Part shown: piece by piece, positions 32,677 to 43,378 of the stretch
Layout of the letters: every line of letters starts with the position of its first letter
Numbering within the stretch: the first letter of the stretch is position 1
Assembly: GCA_049968255.1 (NCBI GenBank)
Contig: JBMFRB010000004.1
Location: forward strand, 128,001 to 192,000
Direction of reading: 5' to 3'
DNA: 64,000 bases
Origin: Candidatus Sumerlaeaceae bacterium
Lineage (GTDB): Bacteria; Sumerlaeota; Sumerlaeia; Sumerlaeales; Sumerlaeaceae
Notes under the pieces: model-generated
What the model saw: the letters and a program-made list of their open reading frames with translations, nothing else
What the model was told of the DNA's origin: nothing
Database searches by the model: none
Program-made: the position numbers and the translations under genes

Positions 32677-33292
32677 GGAGGATTCTCGCAAAGTTTGAGA
32701 GAATAGTCAGCCCGACAGTTTGGCTCTTCTCCGGGTGGAATTGGACGCCAAAAAGGTTCTGGTGTTCAATCGCGGCGCAGAAGCTCAGGCCGTACTCAGA
32801 AGTTGCTGCCACCACCTTGGGATCGGTCGGCTCCACGTAATACGAGTGCACAAAGTAAACGTGTGCCCCGTCTCGAACACCGCCAAAAAGCTGAGAATTC
32901 TTGCAAATTGTGAGCGAATTCCAGCCCATGTGTGGAATCTTGAGTCCACAGTCGGCCGGAAATCTCCTCACGGTTCCCCTTACAAAACCCAGACCGCTGA
33001 CGCCAGGCGCTTCCTCACTCGATTCGAAGAAAACCTGCAGCCCGAGACAAATTCCCAAAACGGGGATATTGTCCAGGACGCGTTGGCGCAACGGCGAAAC
33101 AAGATCCAAACGCGTAAGTTCGTTCATTGCGTCGCCAAAGGCGCCAACACCGGGCACAACAACTGCATCAGCAGAAAAGATATCCTCAGCAGAAGCCGAG
33201 ATGAGCGAATTTACACCGACCTTTTCTAGCGCTTTCTCGACACTACGCAGATTGCCCATCCCGTAGTCAACAATCACAACTTTCATGGTCAC
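32666..33292 (-). CDS. hisH: Imidazole glycerol phosphate synthase glutaminase subunit
   Basis: DYGMGNLRSV, PGVGAF, GICLGLQ, PHMGWN, YFVHSY, QFHPEKS. Confidence 0.96.
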   Translation of the reverse strand: MTMKVVIVDYGMGNLRSVEKALEKVGVNSLISASAEDIFSADAVVVPGVGAFGDAMNELTRLDLVSPLRQRVLDNIPVLGICLGLQVFFESSEEAPGVSGLGFVRGTVRRFPADCGLKIPHMGWNSLTICKNSQLFGGVRDGAHVYFVHSYYVEPTDPKVVAATSEYGLSFCAAIEHQNLFGVQFHPEKSQTVGLTILSNFARILQKS

Positions 33293-33392
33293 GCCTTATT
33301 GTGTCCACTTGTGCTTTATTTTGCGTACACATGGCACATCGAAAATCTCTGTGGATGCCAGGCAATACCAGACGAGTGGCGCGCAGCTCTGC

Positions 33393-34862
33393 TCAAACAA
33401 CGCGTAAGTAATCTACCAATGTGCAGCGACGGATTCGACAGAAAGTGCGAGCCGTGGTAAGTCCCTCGCCTGTGGGACTCGCAATGGAGAACGACGTGTG
33501 CCCTTCGCCCCCCGCCCCTAGCCCCGCATAGCTCGGTCCATTTTTCACGAAGATCGAGCAGTTCATTGCCTTGCCCATTTTTGTCATATTGGCCACGTTG
33601 AGCGAATGAATAACGGCGGTATGTCCGTAACCATGTTCGGCCGCTACGGCCATCTCGAGGGCTTCGTCAAAATTCCGGCAACGCACAATCGGCAAAAACA
33701 TCATCATTTGCTCGTGCTGTACCCATGGGTTGTCGAATTCTGTCTCACCTATCAGCATTGGACAATCCGCCGGCACATCCAGCCCGATTGCCCTCGCCAG
33801 CACCTGCGGACTTCGTCCCACCAAGTCTCTATTTAGGACCGCGCCCCCGCACGATTTACCTGTGCCATGCTCCCCGCTGCACTGGAAAGCCACCTTAGCT
33901 AGCGCATTGATTTGTTCTTTTGTTAGCACGACACATCCGAGCTTTTTCATCTCGGTCATCAGGGCGTCCGCTACTGCCTCGACGACGAATACCTCCTTTT
34001 CGCCAATGCACAAAATGTTGTTGTCGAAGCCCGCTCCATTGAGGATATCGCGTGCAGCCTTGGGGATGATTGCGGTCTCGTCCACTACCACCGGAGGGTT
34101 GCCTGGCCCCGCAGTGATGCATTTCTTCCCACTGTTGAGCGCCTCACGCACCACTCCAGGGCCGCCCGTAACCAGCAGAACACGCACTTTTGGATGCTTG
34201 AACATGGCTTTGCCGGTTTCGATGGTCGGCTCTTCAATGCACGTCATCAGATTTTCGAGACCAGTCGCGCGATAGATGGCCTCGTTGAACAAGTCGATAG
34301 CATAGGCAAAAACTCGTTTCGAAGCGGGGTGCGGATTGAATACCACCGTGTTGCCGCCGGAGAGAATGCTAATGCCGTTATTGATGGCGGTCTCGACGGG
34401 GTGGGTCACGGGTGTGACCGCGCCGATCACTCCGTAGGGTGCATATTCTTCCACCGTGAGTCCGTGGTCACCAGTCCAGCAGCGTGGTGTGAGATCTTCG
34501 GGGCCCGGCGTGAGACGGATCACGATTTCATGCTTGCGGATTTTGTGGTCTATTCGTCCCAGCTTCGTCTCTTCGAAGATTCGCCGCGCAAAGTCCTCCT
34601 TATGACTTTCCCCAACTTCGCGGATTGCGCTAACCACTCGTTTGCGCGTCTCGAGCGTGGCATCGGCATAGCGTTTCTGCGCGTGCCAAGCGGCCTCAAT
34701 CGCGTCCTCAATCGTTGTGTAGACGCCTCGCAATCCGGTCGGTGATCCACTACGACGCGATGAAGTCGCACCAAACTGTGCTCCTGTGCCACCTGCTCCA
34801 ACATTCGGGCCAAGTCGCCTCACAACTTCTTCCACGATTGCCTCGATCATTTTCTCGTCCAC
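33393..34862 (-). CDS. CoA-acylating aldehyde dehydrogenase, EutE/PduP type, with an N-terminal encapsulation peptide
   Basis: N-terminal VDEKMIEAIVEEVVRRLG; PYGVIGAVTPVTHP, AGPGNPP, FDNNILCIGEK, TGEGLTTARTF; GTG start behind GAAAGGA. Confidence 0.9.
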   Translation of the reverse strand: MDEKMIEAIVEEVVRRLGPNVGAGGTGAQFGATSSRRSGSPTGLRGVYTTIEDAIEAAWHAQKRYADATLETRKRVVSAIREVGESHKEDFARRIFEETKLGRIDHKIRKHEIVIRLTPGPEDLTPRCWTGDHGLTVEEYAPYGVIGAVTPVTHPVETAINNGISILSGGNTVVFNPHPASKRVFAYAIDLFNEAIYRATGLENLMTCIEEPTIETGKAMFKHPKVRVLLVTGGPGVVREALNSGKKCITAGPGNPPVVVDETAIIPKAARDILNGAGFDNNILCIGEKEVFVVEAVADALMTEMKKLGCVVLTKEQINALAKVAFQCSGEHGTGKSCGGAVLNRDLVGRSPQVLARAIGLDVPADCPMLIGETEFDNPWVQHEQMMMFLPIVRCRNFDEALEMAVAAEHGYGHTAVIHSLNVANMTKMGKAMNCSIFVKNGPSYAGLGAGGEGHTSFSIASPTGEGLTTARTFCRIRRCTLVDYLRVV

Positions 34863-35061
34863 GGTGGTTCCTTTCCGTGCTTTCAACATCCCCAACAGGA
34901 TCCGTTCTTACTGAGCATTCCTAGGTCGCAAAACCGTCTCTACGGAATCAACGTCTTTTTCGCTAGAGGTGCGGTCCGTTTGAATCCGCTCCAGAAGTCG
35001 ACCAGCAGACATGCATTTTTTTGCTAGACCATCACAACTTGGCAACCTTGCTAATAGGGAC

Positions 35062-36915
35062 ATGGATAGAGACAAACTTATCAAAGCACTCTCCGCAAAA
35101 GCAAATAAGCTTCGCATTCACTCCGTTCGCTCAACATCTGCAGCAGGGTCAGGACACCCCACCACGTGCCTCTCCTGCGCGGAAATTGTGGCGACCCTCT
35201 TCTTCCACGAGATGCGTTACGACACGAAAAACCCGCAAAATCCGCTGAGCGACCGCTTCGTGCTTTCGAAAGGACACGCTGCTCCAATCCTTTACGCAGC
35301 ATGGGCGGAAGCAGGATTCATGCCCGTCGAAAAGTTGCTTACGCTGCGGCGTATTGATTCCGATCTCGAAGGGCATCCGACGCCACGGTTGCCGTTCGTG
35401 GATGTGGCAACTGGCTCCCTAGGTCAGGGACTTGGCGCAGCGGTAGGAATGGCGCTCAACTCCAAGTACCTCGACAAAACAAACTATCGAACCTATGTTT
35501 TGCTTGGCGACGGCGAGGTTGCAGAAGGCGCGGTCTGGGAGGCGGCCGAGCTCGCCAGCTACTACAAGCTTGATAACCTTGTTGCGATTGTGGACGTCAA
35601 CCGCCTCGGCCAGAGCCAGCACACCATGCTCCAGCACCAGCTCGACGTCTATAAAGCGCGCTTCGAAGCGTTTGGCTGGGAAGCCGGCACTGTTGATGGC
35701 CACAACGTCGGCCAGCTTCTCGACGCGTTTGCCAAAGCCCGCACGGTGAAGGATAAACCCTTTGTCATTGTGGCAAAAACTTTCAAGGGCCGCGGAGTAA
35801 GTTTTGCCGAAGACAAAGATGGCTGGCACGGCAAACCTTTCAAAAAGGGCGAAGAGGAAGAGCGAGCAATCGCGGATATCATGGCGCTTGGCATTGAAGG
35901 CGACGAAGGTCTAACCCCCCCGCCACCTCCCCAGAAAGCACTCCCAGCGAGCTACAAAAAAGAAATGGCATCACCGAGCTACAAAATCGGCGAAATGGTT
36001 GCGACCCGCGAGGCTTACGGCGAGGCTCTCGTCAAGCTCGGCACGGCCGATCCCACAGTCGTCGTCCTCGACGGCGACACCAAGAACTCTACTTATTCGG
36101 AGAAATTCCTTAAAGCCTATCCCGACCGCTTCTTCGAGGGGTTCATCGCCGAGCAAAACCTCATTAGTATGGCAACGGGGCTTGCCGCTCGCGGCAAAAC
36201 AGTGTTTGCAAGCTCGTTTGCTGTCTTCCTGAGCCGCGGTTTCGATCAGGTGCGGATGGCAGGAATCTCGCAGTCAAACATCAATCTTTGCGGATCGCAC
36301 GTCGGTGTCTCTATTGGCGAAGATGGGCCTTCGCAAATGGGGCTTGAAGACCTTGCACTCTTCCGCGCAATCCCCAATTCCATTGTCCTTTATCCATCGG
36401 ACGCAGTTGCTACCGAACGGGCGGTCTCCCTGGCTGGCGCATATCCCGGCATCGCCTACATTCGCACCTCCCGCCCCAAGACCCCTGTGATTTATCCTCA
36501 TGACGAGGTATTCGCCGTGGGTAAAGCCAAGATCGTCCGCAAAAGCGATCGCGATGCGCTCACTATCGTCACCGGTGGCGTCACTCTTTTCGAAGCATTG
36601 AAAGCTGCGGACGAACTTGCGAAACAGGGCATCATGGTGCGCATCGTGGACATCTTCTCGGTCAAGCCTCTGGATCGCGAAACGCTTATCGAGTGCGCCA
36701 ACGCAACCGGTCAGGTGATTCTGACTGTCGAGGATCATTATCCCGAGGGCGGCATCGGTGAGGCCATCGCAGCGGCTCTGGCTGATACATCCACGCGAAT
36801 CGAGCGCCTGGCTGTTCGCGAGCTTCCACGGTCAGGTAAGCCGGAAGAATTGTTAGCAAAATATCAAATCGATGCTCAGGCGATAGAGAAAAAGGTGAAG
36901 GAGCTTGTGCGATGA
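35062..36915 (+). CDS. tkt: Transketolase (single chain)
   Basis: GSGHPT, DRFVLSKGH, EGHP, GDGEVAEG..WEA, IAEQN, GEDGPSQM. Confidence 0.95.
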   Translation: MDRDKLIKALSAKANKLRIHSVRSTSAAGSGHPTTCLSCAEIVATLFFHEMRYDTKNPQNPLSDRFVLSKGHAAPILYAAWAEAGFMPVEKLLTLRRIDSDLEGHPTPRLPFVDVATGSLGQGLGAAVGMALNSKYLDKTNYRTYVLLGDGEVAEGAVWEAAELASYYKLDNLVAIVDVNRLGQSQHTMLQHQLDVYKARFEAFGWEAGTVDGHNVGQLLDAFAKARTVKDKPFVIVAKTFKGRGVSFAEDKDGWHGKPFKKGEEEERAIADIMALGIEGDEGLTPPPPPQKALPASYKKEMASPSYKIGEMVATREAYGEALVKLGTADPTVVVLDGDTKNSTYSEKFLKAYPDRFFEGFIAEQNLISMATGLAARGKTVFASSFAVFLSRGFDQVRMAGISQSNINLCGSHVGVSIGEDGPSQMGLEDLALFRAIPNSIVLYPSDAVATERAVSLAGAYPGIAYIRTSRPKTPVIYPHDEVFAVGKAKIVRKSDRDALTIVTGGVTLFEALKAADELAKQGIMVRIVDIFSVKPLDRETLIECANATGQVILTVEDHYPEGGIGEAIAAALADTSTRIERLAVRELPRSGKPEELLAKYQIDAQAIEKKVKELVR

Positions 36916-39764
36916 CTAAGGCAGCGAAAAACGCTTTGCAGGCTCTCTCCGACTGTGGGCAAAGCGTATGGCTGGATTTCATCAGCCGCGAGCTCATTGC
37001 AAGCGGCGAACTCAAACGGCTTGTCACACAAGTCGGCGTTCGCGGGGTTACTTCCAATCCCGACATCTTTCAGAAAGCAATTGCTGGGAGCTCGCTTTAT
37101 GACAAGGCGATCGAGCGTCTGGCCCGCACCGGTCACTCGACGCTCGAAATTTACGAGACCTTAGCTGTTGAAGACATCCGCAAAGCCGCCGACATCCTCC
37201 GCCCTGTCTGGCAAAAAACGCGTGGCGGCGATGGCTACATCTCGCTCGAAGTTTCGCCGCACCTTGCCTACGATGCGGTGGCGACAATTGACGAAGCGGA
37301 GAGACTTTGGGCCACGGTCGGACGGCCAAATCTCATGATCAAAATCCCAGCAACGCCAGCTGGGCTTGTGGCCATCGAGGAACTCATCGCACGTGGCATC
37401 AACGTCAACGTCACGCTGCTCTTCTCCATTGCCGTTTACAAAAAGGTCATGGAAGCCTATACGGCTGGTTTGCAACGCCGCGCGAAAAGAAATTTGCCGC
37501 TCGACTGTGTGAGGTCTGTCGCAAGCTTCTTTGTCAGCCGCCTTGATACGCTCGTGGATAGCCTGCTGGCCTCACGAATTACAAATCTTCCCGAAATAGC
37601 TGCGACGACCGCTTCTCGCGTCTTCGGAAAAACGGCGGTGGCATGCGCCAAACTATCTTATCTTGAATACGAGCAATTTTTCTCTTCTGCGCGCTTCAAA
37701 AAGCTCGCCGCGCGCGGGGCCCAAACCCAGCGTCCCCTTTGGGCAAGCACGAGCACGAAGAATCCACTCTACGACCCCCTTGCTTACGTGACGCCTTTGG
37801 TTGGTCGCGACACAGTGAACACCCTGCCTCTTGCCACGCTAGAAGCGCTGCTCGCTGGGACGCTTCCAACGGCTGAGACTATTCACGAAGGAGTCGCAGA
37901 GGCCAGAGCAGTCATCGAAACGCTGAGTTCGTTGAGCATTGACATCGAATCAGTAGCCACTCAACTGCTCGAGGACGGCGTCGCGCGCTTTATCCGCTCC
38001 TTTGATGCTCTGCTTTCCGCCATAGCCGAAAAACGTCTGCACGCTCTTGGCCTTGCCAGGCTGCAATCCGAATCGCCCCAAGACTTATCCGCGTCGGTTC
38101 CGGCGGTCCAGCGTGCGGTATCAGAGCTGCGCTATCTTCCGCGGCTGTGGAAAAAGGACGCGTCGCTGTGGACCGAAAACGAAGACGTCGCCCAAAAAAT
38201 CGTGAATCGGCTGGGCTGGCTCGAGTCGCCGTTCAAGATGCTTTCGGCCGGTCGTCAGATCCAGCGTTTTGCAGCGGATGTGGCTAAAGCCGGGTTCACC
38301 CACGTCGTGCTTCTGGGAATGGGTGGCAGCAGCTTGTGCCCCGAGGTTTGCTCCAAGACTTTTGGATCGCGTACGGGCTATCCCAAACTCATCGTCCTGG
38401 ACAATACGTCGCCCGACGCGGTACGTGCCGTCGAGAAATCCATAGACCTCAAGAAAACCCTCTTCATCCCCGCAAGTAAGTCCGGCACAACCATCGAGAC
38501 GAACTCCTTCTATAAATACTTTAGGCTGAAGCTCGCAAGTCTCGGCATTAAAAACATCGGCGAACACTTTGTCGCTATCACCGATCCAGGTACACCTCTT
38601 GCAGAGCTGGGACGCCAAGAACGCTTTCGTGCTGTTTTTGAGAATCCAGCCGATATTGGTGGGCGCTTCAGTGCTCTCTCGTTCTTCGGGCTCGTGCCGA
38701 TGGCGCTGCTTGGCCTTGATATCGCCCAGCTTCTCGCCCGCGCCATCGATTTCGCCCTGGATCGCGGGACGGTTATCAACAGCACCTCGGATTCAGCCGT
38801 GCGTCTTGGTGTGTTCTTGGCAGAGTGTGCCAAGGTCGGTCGTGACAAGCTGACCTTTGTTATCTCGGATGTGTTCGCGTCATTTGGCGATTGGGTTGAG
38901 CAACTCGTCGCAGAAAGCACGGGAAAATGTGGCATAGGGATTCTGCCTGTGGTAGGGGAGCGTGTAATCCCTGCCATCTCCTGTGGTCCTGACCGAGCAT
39001 TTGTTTCAATGCGCCTAGCCAAGGAGAAGGAAGATCCGCGGCTTTCCGCCATCGAAAAGCGCGGCGCGCCTGTGGTTCGCATCGTATTGCCCGATCTCGT
39101 GGACCTTGGAGTCGAGTTTTTCCGGTGGGAGGTAGCAACAGCAATCGCCGGAGCTCTTCTTCGCATCAATCCTTTCGACGAGCCAAATGTTACCGAAAGC
39201 AAGCAGAACACCGCGCGTCTCCTCGAGGCCTTTACAGAGCAAGGCAAGTTGCCCGTGCCCCCCACACAGATCGAAAGCCGCGGCCTACGTCTGACGTTCT
39301 CAAAGGCCGCGATGCAAATCGTTGGCAGCAAAATCTCCCGGCCAAAGGATGCTCTGCGCGCCCTTTTACTTTCTGCAGAACCGCCTGACTATGTGGCGCT
39401 ACTCGTTTACGCCCAGAGCCAGAAGCGTTTGGACGCAAAGCTCGCCGCCCTCCGGTCGGCGATCCAAAAAGCGACGGGTTGTGCGACAACTTTAGGATAC
39501 GGTCCCCGCTACCTTCACAGCACTGGCCAATTGCATAAGGGCGGTCCGAACACTGGCGTGTTTCTCATGATCGTGGCGGATCCAGCAAAAGATGCAGAGA
39601 TTCCAGGCGAAGCCTACTCATTTGCGACCCTGGCCCGCGCGCAAGCCCTGGGAGATTTCGAGGCCCTCGCTGAGCATGGCCGTCGCGCTATCCTGGTTCA
39701 GGTCGGCGAGGATGCCGCAGCGGCTGTAACGGAACTCTTGGCTTTGGCTGGCCTCGACGACTAA
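36912..39764 (+). CDS. Bifunctional transaldolase/glucose-6-phosphate isomerase
   Basis: N-terminal GQSVWLD, GVTSNP, MIKIPAT, SFFVSR, LWASTSTK; C-terminal GMGGSSL, IGGRFSALS, EQLVAESTGK, LHSTGQLHKGG. Confidence 0.94.
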   Translation: MTKAAKNALQALSDCGQSVWLDFISRELIASGELKRLVTQVGVRGVTSNPDIFQKAIAGSSLYDKAIERLARTGHSTLEIYETLAVEDIRKAADILRPVWQKTRGGDGYISLEVSPHLAYDAVATIDEAERLWATVGRPNLMIKIPATPAGLVAIEELIARGINVNVTLLFSIAVYKKVMEAYTAGLQRRAKRNLPLDCVRSVASFFVSRLDTLVDSLLASRITNLPEIAATTASRVFGKTAVACAKLSYLEYEQFFSSARFKKLAARGAQTQRPLWASTSTKNPLYDPLAYVTPLVGRDTVNTLPLATLEALLAGTLPTAETIHEGVAEARAVIETLSSLSIDIESVATQLLEDGVARFIRSFDALLSAIAEKRLHALGLARLQSESPQDLSASVPAVQRAVSELRYLPRLWKKDASLWTENEDVAQKIVNRLGWLESPFKMLSAGRQIQRFAADVAKAGFTHVVLLGMGGSSLCPEVCSKTFGSRTGYPKLIVLDNTSPDAVRAVEKSIDLKKTLFIPASKSGTTIETNSFYKYFRLKLASLGIKNIGEHFVAITDPGTPLAELGRQERFRAVFENPADIGGRFSALSFFGLVPMALLGLDIAQLLARAIDFALDRGTVINSTSDSAVRLGVFLAECAKVGRDKLTFVISDVFASFGDWVEQLVAESTGKCGIGILPVVGERVIPAISCGPDRAFVSMRLAKEKEDPRLSAIEKRGAPVVRIVLPDLVDLGVEFFRWEVATAIAGALLRINPFDEPNVTESKQNTARLLEAFTEQGKLPVPPTQIESRGLRLTFSKAAMQIVGSKISRPKDALRALLLSAEPPDYVALLVYAQSQKRLDAKLAALRSAIQKATGCATTLGYGPRYLHSTGQLHKGGPNTGVFLMIVADPAKDAEIPGEAYSFATLARAQALGDFEALAEHGRRAILVQVGEDAAAAVTELLALAGLDD

Positions 39765-39848
39765 ACTGACAACATTCAATGCCCGACCTCGGTGAGTTGC
39801 TTTGTAGGTGCCTGCTGCTGACAGTTTGCCCGATCGGAGGAAGAGTGC

Positions 39849-40949
39849 GTGAGGATTTTCGTCGATGCCCGGTGCGTGCGTCCTGGACGCACCGGGGTAG
39901 GGACTGCAACCGAAGCTTGGATACGCGCTCTGGCTGAGTCCCATCCCGAGGATCAGCTCACAGTTCTCATACTTTCGCGCTCTCCCAGCGAGCGGTTCTT
40001 TGGACCAAATATCCATCTGCTTGCCACACGGGTTGATTACGAGTGGCATCCGCTGGCCGAGCTATACTCACACTGGCTCCTACCCCGCCTCGCTGCTCGC
40101 ACACGTGCCCAGGTCTTCTGGGGGCCTGCTTTCGCCGTCCCATCCACCCCAGCTCCCTTTCCACGTGTGGTCACCGTGCATGATCTCTCGGTCTTTGATC
40201 ATCCGTCCGACTACCCACCCGCCTTTGGTGCTTATCTTCGGTGGCGAATCCAGCGCGCAGTGCGTGCAGCCGACGGTATCCATTGCGTGAGCCACGACAC
40301 GCGCCAGCGTATTGCTGCGCGTTGGCCCGAAACGGCGAAGAAATGCAGAGTCATTCCCTGTGGTGTCGATGACTTCTTTTTCGCTGACTCTCCTGTCAGT
40401 GATCCTTTCCCCCCCTTGCCGAACTTTTTCATCCTCACCGTTGGGGCCGGCCAGCCCCGCAAAAACGCCCAATTCGGAGCAGAAATTGTGCGCCTTCTGC
40501 GCGCAAAGTTTCGCCTGCCGTGTGAGTACGTGGTGGTGGGGCACGATGCCAGCCTTCCCCCCTGGGTGCATCAGTATCCCGTACGTGCTAAGCGTGAGCT
40601 AGTCCCCTTTTATAAGCGTGCGGCCCTGCTGCTTATGCCGAGTACTCACGAGGGTTTCGGCATCCCTGCGCTCGAAGCCATGGCGGCAGGTTGTCCGGTT
40701 GCGGTCTCGAATCGCGGAGCGATGCCTGAAGTGGTCGGCGACGCTGCCGTGCTCATCTTCGCCCTAGAGGACGGCCCTGAAAAGGCAGCAGCCCGCCTGG
40801 CGGAGATTTTCCAAGACAAGGATTTGATCGAAACCAAACGTGAGCTTGGCCGAAAGCGCGCGTATGAATTCACATGGAGAAGCTCGGCTATCGCATTGAG
40901 ACAATTTTTCGAAGACCTCGTGCAAAAGAAGGAAGCTGGTCGTGGCTGA
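39849..40949 (+). CDS. Glycosyltransferase, GT4 family
   Basis: VVTVHDL, PRKN, EGFGIPALEAMAAGCPV. Confidence 0.9.
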   Translation: MRIFVDARCVRPGRTGVGTATEAWIRALAESHPEDQLTVLILSRSPSERFFGPNIHLLATRVDYEWHPLAELYSHWLLPRLAARTRAQVFWGPAFAVPSTPAPFPRVVTVHDLSVFDHPSDYPPAFGAYLRWRIQRAVRAADGIHCVSHDTRQRIAARWPETAKKCRVIPCGVDDFFFADSPVSDPFPPLPNFFILTVGAGQPRKNAQFGAEIVRLLRAKFRLPCEYVVVGHDASLPPWVHQYPVRAKRELVPFYKRAALLLMPSTHEGFGIPALEAMAAGCPVAVSNRGAMPEVVGDAAVLIFALEDGPEKAAARLAEIFQDKDLIETKRELGRKRAYEFTWRSSAIALRQFFEDLVQKKEAGRG

Positions 40950-41703
40950 CTGTGGGATCATCATTGTGGCCGCCGGCAAAGGTGAACGAATGGGTGGGGA
41001 TGTTCCAAAGCAATTCCGCCCGCTCGCTGGCTATCCGGTCTATCTGTGGAGCCTTGCTTTTTTTTCAACGCAGCCAAGCGTGCAGGAGATTGCGCTAGTC
41101 GTACCTGCTGCTAACGTCTCGTCGCTAAAGCAAAACTTTTCGTCGCTTTCCGATCTCACCGTCCATGTGGTTGCGGGAGGAGCGCGCCGCCAGGATTCTG
41201 TTGTAGCCGGGGTCTCGGCTTTGTCGCCCAAATGTGAATACATTGCTGTTCACGATGCTGCCCGCCCATTTCCTCCTTTGCATTTTGAACGACTTTTGGC
41301 GGTAGCCTGCGAATACGGCAGCGCCATCTTTGCCTATCCAATCGTCGAAACCGTGAAACGAGTCGGACCGGACAAATCCATTCACGAGACGCTTGAACGT
41401 TCTGGCCTGTGGGCTGCCCAGACGCCCCAACTTTTTCGGCGCGAGCTGCTCGCGGCGGCTCTCGAACATTGCCAGCGCAACGATGTGGTGGTGACAGATG
41501 ATGCGGCAGCTGTGGCACTCATCAATGGGCCAGTTCGCGTTGTTGAGGGCGAGCGTTGGAATATCAAACTTACCGCCACTGACGACTGGGCTGTTGCCGA
41601 GTATCTGGCCCGCCATAGGCCGCACCACCTCGAGTGTGTTCAAGATCTAGCTCAGCGGCTGGCCCAAAATTCTAAGCAGAAGGATCAACGACATGACCGC
41701 TAG
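40942..41703 (+). CDS. ispD: 2-C-methyl-D-erythritol 4-phosphate cytidylyltransferase
   Basis: AAGKGERMG..PKQF, GGARRQDSV, VHDAARP, QTPQ, TDD. Confidence 0.95.
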   Translation: MADCGIIIVAAGKGERMGGDVPKQFRPLAGYPVYLWSLAFFSTQPSVQEIALVVPAANVSSLKQNFSSLSDLTVHVVAGGARRQDSVVAGVSALSPKCEYIAVHDAARPFPPLHFERLLAVACEYGSAIFAYPIVETVKRVGPDKSIHETLERSGLWAAQTPQLFRRELLAAALEHCQRNDVVVTDDAAAVALINGPVRVVEGERWNIKLTATDDWAVAEYLARHRPHHLECVQDLAQRLAQNSKQKDQRHDR

Positions 41704-42202
41704 AGTGCCCCAAATGCGCGTCGGCTTGGGATTCGACGTGCATCCCTTCGCTCCCGATCGTCCCCTTTATATCGGTGGCGTCCATATCCCCTTTGCTCAC
41801 GGTCTTGCAGGTCACTCGGATGCCGACGTCCTGCTTCATGCGATTGCGGATGCAATTTTCGGGGCGATCGGGGCAGGGGACATCGGGCAGCATTTCCCGA
41901 ACACGGATCCAAGGTGGCAAAATTGCCCGAGTCGTGTGTTCGTGGAACACGCAGCAGCGCAAGCAGCGCTGCAAGGCTTTGCTATCGTCAACGTGGACTG
42001 CACCCTGCTTGCGGAAAAACCTAAAATAGGCCCCTACGTTGCAACGATGCGCGCCACAATTGCCGCTATGCTCGCAATTGACAGCGGTGCGGTAGGAGTC
42101 AAAGCCACGACCATGGAAAAAATGGGATTTGTTGGACGCGAAGAAGGCATTGCTGCCTTAGCTGTCGCCTTGCTTGCAAAAAGTGAAGACTCTTCATCTT
42201 GA
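41693..42202 (+). CDS. ispF: 2-C-methyl-D-erythritol 2,4-cyclodiphosphate synthase
   Basis: RVGLGFDVH, HSDADVLLHA, GDIGQHFP, KATT.E.MGF.GR.EGIA. Confidence 0.96.
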   Translation: MTARVPQMRVGLGFDVHPFAPDRPLYIGGVHIPFAHGLAGHSDADVLLHAIADAIFGAIGAGDIGQHFPNTDPRWQNCPSRVFVEHAAAQAALQGFAIVNVDCTLLAEKPKIGPYVATMRATIAAMLAIDSGAVGVKATTMEKMGFVGREEGIAALAVALLAKSEDSSS

Positions 42203-42327
42203 CGCCCGATTGGGGACACCCATGCACGGGGCACCATGACAAGTGTCCCTAGGCAGATCAAACGTCAGTAGCTCGCCTCGTCCACTTTGGCCCAGAATGG
42301 CGACTTCTTCACACCGATGACACGAGA

Positions 42328-43242
42328 TCACTCCAACTCTTCATGTCGCCTGGCGAAAGCGAGCGCCACTTCACACGTCCCCACGTGAATGTCCACAGTA
42401 TCGCTGACTTTGCGTGCGTAGCCGCCGGCCAGCACCACCAATACCGGGATTCCGCGAAGCCTCGCTTCACCTATCGCTAAATGATCGCGCTCGCGCAGAC
42501 CTTCTTTTGTGAGGCGCAAAGCCCCAAGCTGATCATCGTAATAAGGATCAGCTCCCGCCACGTACACGAGAAGCTCAGGTCTATGGCGTTCAATGGCTGG
42601 CAGCATTGCGTTGCGCAACGCGTCGAGATATTCGCGATCGCCTGCAAAATCCTCCAGGCCGATATCGCAGTCCGAGCGTTGTTTCAGAGGATAATTGTTT
42701 TCCTGGTGAATGGAGAGCGTGAACACGCTCGCATCATGTTCGAAGATGTGTGCGGTTCCGTTGCCCTGGTGGAGGTCACAATCCACCACCATGGCGCGAC
42801 GAATGCGCCCCTCTCTCTGCATCACGCGGATAGCGACCGCTATGTCATTGATATAGCAAAAGCCCTCCGCACGCGCAGCGAACGCATGGTGGAATCCACC
42901 GCCGAGATGCACGCACAGATGCGGCGGGTCCGCGAGCGCAATACGCGCCCCAAGGATCGAACCACCCGCAGCGAGTTTATAGGCGTGCATAATGGGACGC
43001 GTGAGGGGCAGTTCGCTGTAGCGCGTGCGTTCAGTCCATCGGAGATTTTCAAGGTCCTGCAGGTATTCTGCCGTGTGGACGCTCAACAATTGCTCGCGTG
43101 TGGCTGGTTCGGGCTCGAGGAAATCGTCTGGCGAAGCAAGCCCCCGCGCCAGCAGCTCGTCACGAATCAGACGATACTTTGACGTCGGAAAGACGTGCGG
43201 CCCAATATCGACCTCATACTGCGGTGAGAAAATGAATCTCAT
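42328..43242 (-). CDS. Histone deacetylase family protein
   Basis: HVFPTSKY, GGGFHHA, GFCYIND, DCDLHQGNGT, AGAD, AGGY. Confidence 0.93.
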   Translation of the reverse strand: MRFIFSPQYEVDIGPHVFPTSKYRLIRDELLARGLASPDDFLEPEPATREQLLSVHTAEYLQDLENLRWTERTRYSELPLTRPIMHAYKLAAGGSILGARIALADPPHLCVHLGGGFHHAFAARAEGFCYINDIAVAIRVMQREGRIRRAMVVDCDLHQGNGTAHIFEHDASVFTLSIHQENNYPLKQRSDCDIGLEDFAGDREYLDALRNAMLPAIERHRPELLVYVAGADPYYDDQLGALRLTKEGLRERDHLAIGEARLRGIPVLVVLAGGYARKVSDTVDIHVGTCEVALAFARRHEELE

Positions 43243-43378
43243 GCGCCTTTTTTGCCCGAACGGCCATTGACGCTGCAACTGTGTTTCGCGCACGTGAAGA
43301 GTATTGACATCCAGAGGCTAACCCCGCAGTAAAGCGGTTCTCTGATGTTGTCACTTGATCTTTCGCGGTAGGTGTAAA

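Noticed and set aside
36912-39764. Tal-Pgi fusion as a novelty
   Set aside because: An already described bifunctional enzyme found in several bacterial groups
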